This document shows, one piece after another, positions 19,037 through 26,770 of a DNA stretch of 28,867 nucleotides. The position numbers were made by a program, and so were the translations under genes. Positions within the stretch are counted from its first letter, which is position 1; every line of letters starts with the position of its first letter. The notes beneath the pieces were generated by a model that saw nothing but the letters and a program-made list of their open reading frames with translations, was not told where the DNA came from and ran no database searches. This DNA comes from a virus (Duplodnaviria > Caudoviricetes), in the IMG/VR virus record IMGVR_UViG_3300025300_000071, positions 1 to 28,867 of that record; one strand, written 5' to 3'.

Positions 19037-19214
19037 GGTCGTTCCCCTTTTTATCTAATTCCAGCTCTAAATGCAACGAAGTATTGGCAGCATGTTCGTA
19101 AGCCTGGCGTACTTTGGGTGGCATTTCCTGGTCTTGGTAAGTTTTTTCCAGGGATTGAGTAACGCGGTTGATGGCGAGCGTGGCCAAGCGTTTGGTGTTG
19201 TCGTTCGATTTCAT
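19023..19214 (-). CDS. Hypothetical protein
   Basis: AGGAG RBS before ATG 19214 (MKSNDN...). Confidence 0.65.
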   Translation of the reverse strand: MKSNDNTKRLATLAINRVTQSLEKTYQDQEMPPKVRQAYEHAANTSLHLELELDKKGNDHGTN

Positions 19215-19289
19215 AATTCTCCTGTTAATAAAGTGAGGCATTTTGTTTATTAGGAAGATGCCCCGAACTCCCCGACCGGAGACTGTTAC

Positions 19290-19763
19290 CTAAAAAGGCA
19301 TATCCGAATCATCCGCTCCTTCGTCAGCTGCGGTGTCTGCCGCTGCCTCTTTAGGAGCTGAATCCTGTTGCAGTGGTCGAAAATTGGCAATGGTGTTGGA
19401 ATCGGGATAATCTGCATCATCACTCTTCTTGATCTTCACCGTGGCCGTGAACGGCACTTGCATTTGATCGGCAATACTTTCGCCGTTCAACGGATCGTTG
19501 CCGTCCGCACCCGTGGCGATACGCCACTGCTTGAGTCTCGACAAAGCCACCTGGTTATTGAGTACAAAATACTCAAAGATCAAACGGTTTTGGTACTCGG
19601 GTCCCAAAATTTTGAAAGCCACCTTCAGCATCTTATTGCCTTGTGCGGAGTCGCGTTGTTCCCAGGTATCAGCTTGGGCTTCGTAAATGCCCTCGGGGAA
19701 GGCTTCAAACTCACCACCCTGAACTTCAACTCCTTCCAGTTCTACATTAAAATCATCACTCAT
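19290..19763 (-). CDS. DUF669-family ssDNA-binding-like protein
   Basis: FPEGIYEA...GNKMLKVAFKILGPEYQNRLIF; acidic tail ending DDSDMPF; adjacent to AAA_24. Confidence 0.85.
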   Translation of the reverse strand: MSDDFNVELEGVEVQGGEFEAFPEGIYEAQADTWEQRDSAQGNKMLKVAFKILGPEYQNRLIFEYFVLNNQVALSRLKQWRIATGADGNDPLNGESIADQMQVPFTATVKIKKSDDADYPDSNTIANFRPLQQDSAPKEAAADTAADEGADDSDMPF

Positions 19764-20517
19764 CTTTAGTCTCCTTTATATTAAGTGCTTCTTTATACGC
19801 GTTATAAAACGCATCCCATTCGAGCGGCAGTTTCTTTGGTAAGGCTACCCGTGACTTCGCGTCATAGGCAGCACTGAACTGTGTAAACAGCGCTCTTTTT
19901 CCGTAACTCACCGCCCTGGCTTTCTCATTAAAGCCTTTGCCCGCTGAAGTCGTAGAGACTTCGTAGTTGGCAAAGAAATTAAAATCCACCCAGTTGCGAA
20001 TGAGATTAGAAATCTTTTTGTGTGTGGTCAATTCCCAGCGGTCGTAAGGTTCGCGCTCGGGATCTGCATAAATTCTGATGGCCGCGTGTGACACTAAGAT
20101 AATGTTCATCTTTTTAACTTGTTGCAGTCGATCCAACAGACGCAACAGCTTACGGCATCTCTCTTCCGATTCCGTAAAGCCTTTACCGAATCCCAAGGCT
20201 TCAATGCCTTCCACGTTCTTGTCTTCACAGACGGCATCGTGGATGAGACTTTCCAGGAAATCGGTAGAGTCCAGCACCACTGTCTTATAAGGATGCTTCT
20301 CCTTGCCGAGCAGTGTGACTTTATCCATCACGTCCTGATACGTCGGGGACAATTCAAAGTGGGGTACGTCGATGTACTTCAAACCTTCTTCGGTGGTAAC
20401 GAACACCGGCTTGGGAGCTTGGGCTGCCCAGGTACTCTTGCCGATGCCATTGGGACCGTAGATGTTTACCTTGACGGGTACCATACTTACCCCTTGTGTT
20501 ATACCTTCTAATGTCAT
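19756..20517 (-). CDS. AAA_24 / Sak4-like ssDNA-annealing ATPase
   Basis: YGPNGIGKS Walker A, TVVLDS Walker B, GFGKG, ILVSH, AKSR. Confidence 0.9.
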   Translation of the reverse strand: MTLEGITQGVSMVPVKVNIYGPNGIGKSTWAAQAPKPVFVTTEEGLKYIDVPHFELSPTYQDVMDKVTLLGKEKHPYKTVVLDSTDFLESLIHDAVCEDKNVEGIEALGFGKGFTESEERCRKLLRLLDRLQQVKKMNIILVSHAAIRIYADPEREPYDRWELTTHKKISNLIRNWVDFNFFANYEVSTTSAGKGFNEKARAVSYGKRALFTQFSAAYDAKSRVALPKKLPLEWDAFYNAYKEALNIKETKDE

Positions 20518-20675
20518 GCTATCCCTCTTTTGGCTCGTTGGTAAATTGCTCTGCCACAGTTAGTATCTAGGATGCGAGTGACGTTCCTATTCATCTGTGT
20601 TATGTCTCGGTAAGCTACATCTTTAACATCGATACCCGTAGCTTTAAGAACCTGTCTTATTTTTTTGGCTTTCAT
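20514..20675 (-). CDS. Hypothetical small basic protein
   Basis: ATGA overlaps at both ends; start MKAKKIRQ. Confidence 0.6.
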   Translation of the reverse strand: MKAKKIRQVLKATGIDVKDVAYRDITQMNRNVTRILDTNCGRAIYQRAKRGIA

Positions 20676-20956
20676 TTCTTTCCCCCGTAAGTGCCGATGG
20701 CGTAATTGAGATACCACACGGCTTTTTTTAGATCTTCCACTTTGCCCTTGTCCGGCGCACGCCAGATGTACTGCAAGGCACTGGCACGACAGAAGGCACG
20801 AATGCCGTTCTGACCGAGCATGGCTTCAATCGCCTGGATGCTTTCAATCTCTCCTTGAGTGTAGTGTCTTGGTTGGTTTACGGAATCATGAACGTCCTCT
20901 AAGGTTTTGTTTTCATTCATGACGCCAGTTTTAATTAATTCTTTTAATGTGTTCAT
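20672..20956 (-). CDS. DUF3310 protein (T7 gp1.7-related)
   Basis: DSVNQPRHY...IESIQAI...YIWRA..KGKVEDLKKAVWYL; start 20956 overlaps the upstream stop. Confidence 0.88.
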   Translation of the reverse strand: MNTLKELIKTGVMNENKTLEDVHDSVNQPRHYTQGEIESIQAIEAMLGQNGIRAFCRASALQYIWRAPDKGKVEDLKKAVWYLNYAIGTYGGKK

Positions 20957-21387
20957 GACGTTACCTTCGGTGTCACGACGCGTATGTAGGGTTTCTCGTC
21001 TATCTTTGTTCTTAAAGCGTCGGTTAAAGTGTTGTAGTGGTCGGGCCAATCGCGTCTTATATTTTTCATCAGCAGCGTATCAACAATCCATTCCCGTTTG
21101 AAAGGCCACAGCGCTTCGTTGATGCCTGCCGTGTCAAAGATTTGTTGCAGCACAGTTTGGTCCCAGGTTTCTTTACGACCCAGCTTAACGATAAAATGTT
21201 CAGTGGTTTTGGAGCCACCGCTTTGCTTTAAAATTTGGATGGTCTGAGCTAGGTCCGGATGCGCAGCGATGCGTTCGGACAGGACCTGAGTTTGTTTAGT
21301 GAGTTCCCGTTTTTTCTCGTCGAGCCTTTCTTTCTGGACTCTCAGTTGAGCCAAAGAAAGCGTAGAAGTGCTTGAAGGTTCGGTCAT
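20953..21387 (-). CDS. Conserved phage protein with N-terminal coiled coil (recombination module)
   Basis: AGGAG RBS; coiled coil followed by KETWDQ and KPYI motifs; first gene of the leftward operon. Confidence 0.75.
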   Translation of the reverse strand: MTEPSSTSTLSLAQLRVQKERLDEKKRELTKQTQVLSERIAAHPDLAQTIQILKQSGGSKTTEHFIVKLGRKETWDQTVLQQIFDTAGINEALWPFKREWIVDTLLMKNIRRDWPDHYNTLTDALRTKIDEKPYIRVVTPKVTS

Positions 21388-21417
21388 TTTTTTCTCCTGT
21401 TTAATAATGCAGTGATA

Positions 21418-21447
21418 AGTTTATAACGAAAAGGCTTTGCAAGTCAA
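21418..21447 (-). promoter_or_regulatory. Leftward sigma70-like promoter
   Basis: TTGACT (21447-21442) with TATAAA at 16-bp spacing or TAAACT at 18-bp spacing. Confidence 0.6.
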
Positions 21448-21465
21448 CTATCTTTTTGTTACTAT
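21437..21465 (+). promoter_or_regulatory. Rightward sigma70-like promoter with extended -10
   Basis: TTGCAA-N17-TACTAT with TG at the extended -10 position. Confidence 0.6.
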
Positions 21466-21499
21466 CCCTACTAACAAATTTAAACACAGGAAAACAATC

Positions 21500-21730
21500 A
21501 TGACACTAACTGAATACGTAGCAAAAATGGGACCGAAAAAAGTGGCTCACATGTTGGATCTGTCCCCCGGAACCGTCAATGCGTGGCGCTGGAATGTACG
21601 TCAGCCAAGTGTAGAGAAAGCCATCGAATTGATGATAAAAACCGACGGGCTGTTGACGTGGGAGGACATCTTTCACGACGCCCGACGCAAAGTTGAGGAA
21701 AAACTTGAACTAGAACAATCGATCGCGTAG
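21500..21730 (+). CDS. Cro-like HTH regulator
   Basis: MTLTEYVAKMGPKKVAHMLDLSPGTVNAWRWNVRQPS...TDGLLTWEDIF; CAGGA RBS. Confidence 0.85.
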   Translation: MTLTEYVAKMGPKKVAHMLDLSPGTVNAWRWNVRQPSVEKAIELMIKTDGLLTWEDIFHDARRKVEEKLELEQSIA

Positions 21731-21748
21731 TCCTAACTGGAGAATGGA

Positions 21749-23764
21749 GTGGCGCTGAAATTAAATGCCAATCAGACGTGGGAGCAACTTGCTAAAGAGA
21801 CTAAAGATGAAATGCTGGAGAGCTTCTGGGAACACGGTTTACACCTGATTCCATGCGGTTCTAAGCAGGATTTTATCCCCGAATACTTCCGTAGCAAACA
21901 CCCGTTTGAAACCGAAGAGGAAGTCAAGATGCGCTGGTCGAAGACCCCGCGCGTTAAATGGTCTGATTATCAGCGTCGTCAACCCACCGAAGAGGAGCTG
22001 ACCAACTGGTTAAAGATATATCCGGGCGCTAACTGGGCGGCGTTGACGGGCATTAACTTCGTGGTTCTGGACGCCGACTCACAGGAAGCTGTTGATTTCA
22101 TTGAAGAAGGTAACACCACCCGTACTACCCTCAAACAATCCACTCCGCGTGGTGGTTTCCACTATTTTTATTCCATCAACACCAACCTCGAAGTACGTAA
22201 CAGTGCTGGACACAATAAGTTAGACGTGCGTGGGACCGGCGGGTACGTTATGGTGTGTCCTTCCGAACATTACTTCTTCCACACCCCCGACACTTTGCCG
22301 ATTGAATCGCTCGACGAACTGCCGTCGCTGACCCAACAAGATCTCGACGCCATTCATACTTTTAATAATAAAGGCAAGGTCGAATCCATCGTCAAACAAC
22401 CACTGACCACCAAGGGCGTCGATTCGGGAACGCGCAACGCTACCCTGTCACGCCTGGTCGGACGTTGGATTCGTGAAGGCTGGGGACAACGCGAACTCTT
22501 AATCAAGGCACACGACTGGAATCAGAGTAATCAACCGCCAATGGCCATGGTCGAAGTCGCCACCACCGTGCAGTCGATCATCAACGGCCACATGAAACGT
22601 CACCCCGAAGACCTCGACGGCGGGGTTATCCGCTGGAACACGAGTACCTGGGAAGTGCAGCTCGGTGACGAACTGAAAGAAATACTGGAACAGGAAGATC
22701 CCATCCTCGATACCTCCGTCCCCGAGCCAGAGGGCGGACCGCTCGCTTTAAAATCCTACGCGGATAACGAGTGGCAGGAGATGGACTCTGACGGCATCGA
22801 ACAGTATTGGGGCGACGCCTTTATATTTGAACGTGCGCGTGTGCTGCTCATCGGCAAACCCAAGATCGGCAAGTCGCATTGGCTCGGCGCCTTTGCGGTA
22901 GCGGCAGCGACGGGGACCGAATTCATGGGGACAGCCTTCTCGAGACCGATGAAGGTGGTGTGGCTACAGGCCGAGATTATCCAGGAGTTCCTCAAGAACC
23001 GAATCGATTTATATTTCCAGCAGTTTCTCGGCGACCCCGAGTTGCTGGCACTGGGTCAGTCCAACCTGATTCCGTCGGGACGCCTACGCAAAAACTTCAT
23101 GCGCGACCAGGACATCGACATGATTAGCGAGGAGATTGCCTTTCATAAGCCCGATATAGTCATGCTCGACCCCTTCATCAACTTCTTTGACGGCGAGGAG
23201 AACAACAACGCCGACATTCATAAGGTCTTGGATCGCGTGGACAAGCTGATCGACCTACACAACATCGCCTTCATCATCGCTCATCACACTGGCAAAGAAC
23301 GCGCCGACGACCTGTCCTTCATGTCTGCCCGTGGTGGTTCGGTGTTCGCCGGTTGGTTTGACTCGGGCATTAAACTGCTGGGCGACAAGCCCAACGTCAC
23401 TATGTTCTACGAAGCGCGTAACGCACGTGAACCCGAGAGTCACGCGGCGGCGTTTGACTACGGCAAGGGCAAGTGGACGCGCGTGGAGTTTGAACAGGGA
23501 CCCGACGAGATTGAAATAGCGAGCGTCGTGGCAAAGCAAATGGACATCACTAAATTCTACACGCGTGCCGACATGGAATTCGTGGCGCGCCAGGCTTTGA
23601 AGAAAGCAAAGATGGCTAGTGGTGAGAGAGCAGCACGTTACGCAGTCAGCTACGTGCAGAAGTATTTGGGCGATCGTGTGCGAACGCATGTGGTTCCAGG
23701 CAAACAAACGTGGCATTATCTGGCTAAGAATGAAGGCAAGAAACCGTGGGAAACCGATGACTAA
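21749..23764 (+). CDS. Prim-pol primase / PriCT / AAA_25 (RepA-like) helicase fusion
   Basis: VLDAD, TPRGGFHYFY, LDVRGTGGYV; GTRNATL; GKPKIGKS, VMLDP, IAHHTGK, ARGGS. Confidence 0.92.
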   Translation: MALKLNANQTWEQLAKETKDEMLESFWEHGLHLIPCGSKQDFIPEYFRSKHPFETEEEVKMRWSKTPRVKWSDYQRRQPTEEELTNWLKIYPGANWAALTGINFVVLDADSQEAVDFIEEGNTTRTTLKQSTPRGGFHYFYSINTNLEVRNSAGHNKLDVRGTGGYVMVCPSEHYFFHTPDTLPIESLDELPSLTQQDLDAIHTFNNKGKVESIVKQPLTTKGVDSGTRNATLSRLVGRWIREGWGQRELLIKAHDWNQSNQPPMAMVEVATTVQSIINGHMKRHPEDLDGGVIRWNTSTWEVQLGDELKEILEQEDPILDTSVPEPEGGPLALKSYADNEWQEMDSDGIEQYWGDAFIFERARVLLIGKPKIGKSHWLGAFAVAAATGTEFMGTAFSRPMKVVWLQAEIIQEFLKNRIDLYFQQFLGDPELLALGQSNLIPSGRLRKNFMRDQDIDMISEEIAFHKPDIVMLDPFINFFDGEENNNADIHKVLDRVDKLIDLHNIAFIIAHHTGKERADDLSFMSARGGSVFAGWFDSGIKLLGDKPNVTMFYEARNAREPESHAAAFDYGKGKWTRVEFEQGPDEIEIASVVAKQMDITKFYTRADMEFVARQALKKAKMASGERAARYAVSYVQKYLGDRVRTHVVPGKQTWHYLAKNEGKKPWETDD

Positions 23765-23870
23765 ACGCAAACCCACTACACCGCAACAGGTCGAAGATTT
23801 TGTACCCGACTACGATTATGTGGTTGAATTACTTAAACAAAGGGAGAAAAAAGATGACGGAATACAATGA
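23757..23870 (+). CDS. Possible 37-aa protein
   Basis: ATG overlaps the primase stop region and fills the gap in the operon. Confidence 0.45.
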   Translation: MTKRKPTTPQQVEDFVPDYDYVVELLKQREKKDDGIQ

Positions 23871-24072
23871 ACAGGTGGAAAAGGCACGGGAGCGACTGGC
23901 ACGGGAACGGCGCTGGCGTGAATTCAAATACATCCACGCTAACAACGGCGTAGTGGAGACGAAGCTACGCGACGGCACGAGCATCCGCGAGGACACGGCG
24001 AGCGGCAAGGTCGAGGTCGAACTCGGCAAGCTGTCCTACGGCGAAGTCATGAAGGTATGGAAGGGTGGCTAG
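23854..24072 (+). CDS. Hypothetical protein
   Basis: AGGGAG RBS before ATG 23854; overlaps the methyltransferase start. Confidence 0.7.
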   Translation: MTEYNEQVEKARERLARERRWREFKYIHANNGVVETKLRDGTSIREDTASGKVEVELGKLSYGEVMKVWKGG

Positions 24073-25414
24073 ACTGAGGGTACTGGATTTATTCTCCGGC
24101 ATCGGCGGCTTCAGCCTCGGGCTGGAGGCGACGGGTGGTTTCGAGGTGGTAGCCCACTGCGAAATTGAACCCTTCTGCCAGGAAATCCTGCACCGTTACT
24201 GGCCGCAGGTAAAATTATACAAAGACATTAAGGAGCTTAACTATGGACAATTGGAAACAGACGGACTTATTTCAAAACAAGGGGACATCGACCTCATCTG
24301 CGGAGGCTACCCGTGTCAGCCGTTTTCCGTCGCCGGACGTAAAGGCGGCGAAGAAGATCCGCGACACCTGTGGCCGGAATACTTTAGACTCATTAGAGAA
24401 CTACGTCCACGTTACGCCGTTGGAGAAAACGTGGGTGGACATATTCGACTCGGTTTGGATTCCGTCCTCGAGGATCTGGACAGCGAGAACTACACCGCGC
24501 GGTGCTTTAGTGTTGAAGCTGCGTGTATCGGCGCCCCGCACCGGCGCGAAAGAATCTTCTGGATCGCCGAAAGAGACGCAAGAGACGGGGATACCCGAGA
24601 TGTGGCTGAGTCCAAACGCGATGGATGCATTAGAAGCGAGAAGTCCAGAAGCTCTAAAGAAACAATACGACAAAAACAGGAAGGGGAGGAAAACACATTC
24701 AACTCTAAGAGAGCAAGTAGTTTATCCACAACCGAGCCGCATGTGGCTCACACCGAGAGCTTCGAGCGGCGGTCCAGGCAAAAATCCGGACAATCCAAGA
24801 GGAATGCATCAGGGAAATGCACTGGAAACGGCAGTTCACATGTACCCGACTCCCCAGAAAATGTGGAGTACACCGACAGCTTTCGATGCGAACAATATAA
24901 TGAAACCGAGAAAGAAACATCCGGGAGGAGGTCAGAAACCTCCCTTGGGACAACAGGTTCACATGTGGCCGACCCCGAGAGTGAGTTCAGCGAACGGTCC
25001 GAGCCGGAAGGAAATAGCGGCGGGCAACCCCAAGCGCAGGCTGGAAACGGAAGTGGAGCTGTACCCGACTCCTCTCGTAAGGGATTGGAAGGGCGGACGT
25101 ACGCCGGAGACGCTGGAGCAGAGGGGACGCAAGCCCAGCAACTCACTGCCGGATCGGGTCAACGCAATGACGGGACGCTCGGCCCAGTTGAATCCTGGGT
25201 GGGTGACGGCACTTATGGGATTTCCGCGTGGGTGGACGGCTCCTGGGAACACGGACTCGAACGGGTCGGCGTCAACATCCCCCAGCGCAAGGCGCAACTG
25301 ATGGCGCTCGGCAATGCCGTGGTACCGCAACTGGTGGCTCTGGTGGGACACGCAATTCTGGAAAATCACGACACAATTGTTAGTGAAACGGAGGTAGAAA
25401 ATGAACGCGTTTAA
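24065..25414 (+). CDS. C5-cytosine DNA methyltransferase, alpha chain (motifs I-VIII and X)
   Basis: LDLFSGIGGF, GGYPCQPFS, ENV, HRRERIFWI, LGNAVVP; motif IX is absent in this frame. Confidence 0.93.
   Translation: MARLRVLDLFSGIGGFSLGLEATGGFEVVAHCEIEPFCQEILHRYWPQVKLYKDIKELNYGQLETDGLISKQGDIDLICGGYPCQPFSVAGRKGGEEDPRHLWPEYFRLIRELRPRYAVGENVGGHIRLGLDSVLEDLDSENYTARCFSVEAACIGAPHRRERIFWIAERDARDGDTRDVAESKRDGCIRSEKSRSSKETIRQKQEGEENTFNSKRASSLSTTEPHVAHTESFERRSRQKSGQSKRNASGKCTGNGSSHVPDSPENVEYTDSFRCEQYNETEKETSGRRSETSLGTTGSHVADPESEFSERSEPEGNSGGQPQAQAGNGSGAVPDSSRKGLEGRTYAGDAGAEGTQAQQLTAGSGQRNDGTLGPVESWVGDGTYGISAWVDGSWEHGLERVGVNIPQRKAQLMALGNAVVPQLVALVGHAILENHDTIVSETEVENERV
24243..25301 (+). CDS. Nested +1-frame methyltransferase beta chain (TRD-like repeats and motif IX)
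   Basis: AGGAG at 24231-24235, 7 nt before ATG; 352 open codons; repeated [WY]xTP modules; LNPGWVTALMGFPRGWT. Confidence 0.85.
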   Translation: MDNWKQTDLFQNKGTSTSSAEATRVSRFPSPDVKAAKKIRDTCGRNTLDSLENYVHVTPLEKTWVDIFDSVWIPSSRIWTARTTPRGALVLKLRVSAPRTGAKESSGSPKETQETGIPEMWLSPNAMDALEARSPEALKKQYDKNRKGRKTHSTLREQVVYPQPSRMWLTPRASSGGPGKNPDNPRGMHQGNALETAVHMYPTPQKMWSTPTAFDANNIMKPRKKHPGGGQKPPLGQQVHMWPTPRVSSANGPSRKEIAAGNPKRRLETEVELYPTPLVRDWKGGRTPETLEQRGRKPSNSLPDRVNAMTGRSAQLNPGWVTALMGFPRGWTAPGNTDSNGSASTSPSARRN

Positions 25415-25667
25415 AAGGCGAAACCGTTGTGCAAAATCGCAAAGTGCAAATTGCACAGTGTTGTGGATAACTTTTGGAAAGCTGAATAGAATCAAAGGCT
25501 TAAGTGGTTGTGTCGATTGTGCAGCTGCACACCCCTGCACATGCGCACAACCCCCGCTGAAAGCCTTATATTTACTGGGTTGTGCAGTTGTGCGGTTGTG
25601 CAATCTCTTACAGAGATACTGTAGAGAGGCTTTAAAAAGCCCTCTCGTTATAGAGACTGGAAGGTAG
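25401..25667 (+). CDS. Doubtful Cys-rich ORF overlying the ori-like repeats
   Basis: Good GGAGG RBS and operon fit, but the Cys content is explained by TGTGC DNA repeats. Confidence 0.3.
   Translation: MNAFKRRNRCAKSQSANCTVLWITFGKLNRIKGLSGCVDCAAAHPCTCAQPPLKALYLLGCAVVRLCNLLQRYCREALKSPLVIETGR
25426..25646. repeat. Putative replication origin: GTTGTGC(A/G) iterons, palindromes and a DnaA box
   Basis: GTTGTGCR at 25426 and three tandem copies at 25579-25602; inverted GCACA copies; palindromes at 25444-25456 and 25518-25531; TGTGGATAA at 25462-25470. Confidence 0.65.
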
Positions 25668-25676
25668 AGTAGCAGT

Positions 25677-26027
25677 ATGGGTAGCAGTAACAAAAAGTTA
25701 AGTGAGGTAGTCGAGGGAGTGAAGGAGTTTGAACGCATTGAAATCCTGGAGCCGTTGGCAGAGATGAATACGCAGGGTGAGGGCATTCGGTTGCAGCTGG
25801 TGCCGGGTGCGGTGGGTTTCCATCAGATACGCCAGGAGGAACCCGACCTGATGACGGCGTTGTTGCAGAACCTGGAAACGGTGTTTGAGAAACTGTCAAC
25901 GGAGGACGAGCAGAAGACGCACCTGTATATCCGCTTTGCGAGTATGCCGTTTGAAAACTATTTTCGTATCAAGCGCGGTGATATAGAAGAGCGTGATATG
26001 GAAGAGCAGGGGGAGGTAAAGGAATAG
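25677..26027 (+). CDS. Hypothetical protein
   Basis: 116-aa acidic ORF ending 1 nt before the TerS-like gene. Confidence 0.7.
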   Translation: MGSSNKKLSEVVEGVKEFERIEILEPLAEMNTQGEGIRLQLVPGAVGFHQIRQEEPDLMTALLQNLETVFEKLSTEDEQKTHLYIRFASMPFENYFRIKRGDIEERDMEEQGEVKE

Positions 26028-26028
26028 T

Positions 26029-26763
26029 ATGGCCAAGAAAGCTATCACCAAACGCCAGCGTGCTTTTATTAATTTGTATCTGTACGAGGACAAGACGCAG
26101 ACGCAATGCGCCCACGAAGCGGGCTTTAAACATCCGGGCGTCTATGCTACGCGTCTGTTGCACGGGGAGGAATTCGTGCATGTGCAGGAAGAGATCCAGA
26201 AGAAGCAGGCGAAGCAGCAGGAGAAATACGAAATCCGTTTCGAGAAGACGGCGAAGAAGCTGGCGCAGATACGCGATGCGGCGTTGGCGGAGGGCAGTTT
26301 TAATGCGGCTTTGGGTGCGGAAGTAGCACGGGCCAAGCTCGGTGGTCTGATGGTGGATCGGAAGGAAGTCAAGTACGGACGCGTGGATCAGATGGACCGG
26401 ACGGAAGTGGAACGGCGCTTGAAGCAGTTGTTGTCAGAGAATCAGCTCGCGAGTCTGCTGTCGACAAAGGATCGCCAGGCGTTCAAGCAGTTGGACGCAG
26501 ACGAGGTACATCTGCGGGCCGAGGAGATAGAATCTGCGGGCGCTGCGGTGCAGGCAGACCTGGATAAGGAATTTGCGGACGCGGAAGTGGTGGAAGTGAG
26601 TGAGGAGGAATCTGCGGACGCAGTATCTGCGGGCGAATCTGCGGGCGAGACTAAGCCTGGTGTTAATGGCGGGAAAGATCCTACCGAGCTGGTAGAGGGC
26701 CAGGAATTAGACAAGGAAACAGGCACAAGTGAGGAGGAAGCCACACAAGATAATCCAGAATAG
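26029..26763 (+). CDS. Terminase small subunit-like protein with acidic tail
   Basis: ITKRQRAFINLY...TQCAHEAGF...ATRLL HTH; IRDAALAEGSFNAALGAEVARAKLGGL oligomerisation helices. Confidence 0.75.
   Translation: MAKKAITKRQRAFINLYLYEDKTQTQCAHEAGFKHPGVYATRLLHGEEFVHVQEEIQKKQAKQQEKYEIRFEKTAKKLAQIRDAALAEGSFNAALGAEVARAKLGGLMVDRKEVKYGRVDQMDRTEVERRLKQLLSENQLASLLSTKDRQAFKQLDADEVHLRAEEIESAGAAVQADLDKEFADAEVVEVSEEESADAVSAGESAGETKPGVNGGKDPTELVEGQELDKETGTSEEEATQDNPE
26510..26647 (+). repeat. Six copies of AT(C/T)TGCGG(G/A)C in the 3' part of the TerS-like gene
   Basis: Copies begin at 26510, 26532, 26571, 26610, 26625 and 26637. Confidence 0.8.
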
Positions 26764-26770
26764 GTCGTTG

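Noticed and set aside
19215-19289. Possible structured RNA or terminator after the DUF669 gene
   Set aside because: Only short imperfect stems and no recognisable RNA family; too weak to call without folding or covariation analysis
24065-25414. Methylase as a frameshifted pseudogene or sequencing error
   Set aside because: Both frames are open across the whole overlap and the second has its own RBS and ATG; a simple-error model would need two compensating shifts
24959-25786. 275-aa antisense ORF and other antisense or alternative-frame ORFs in the GC-rich block (e.g. 23255-23776, 24748-25146)
   Set aside because: No recognisable motifs; long shadow ORFs are expected opposite GC-rich genes
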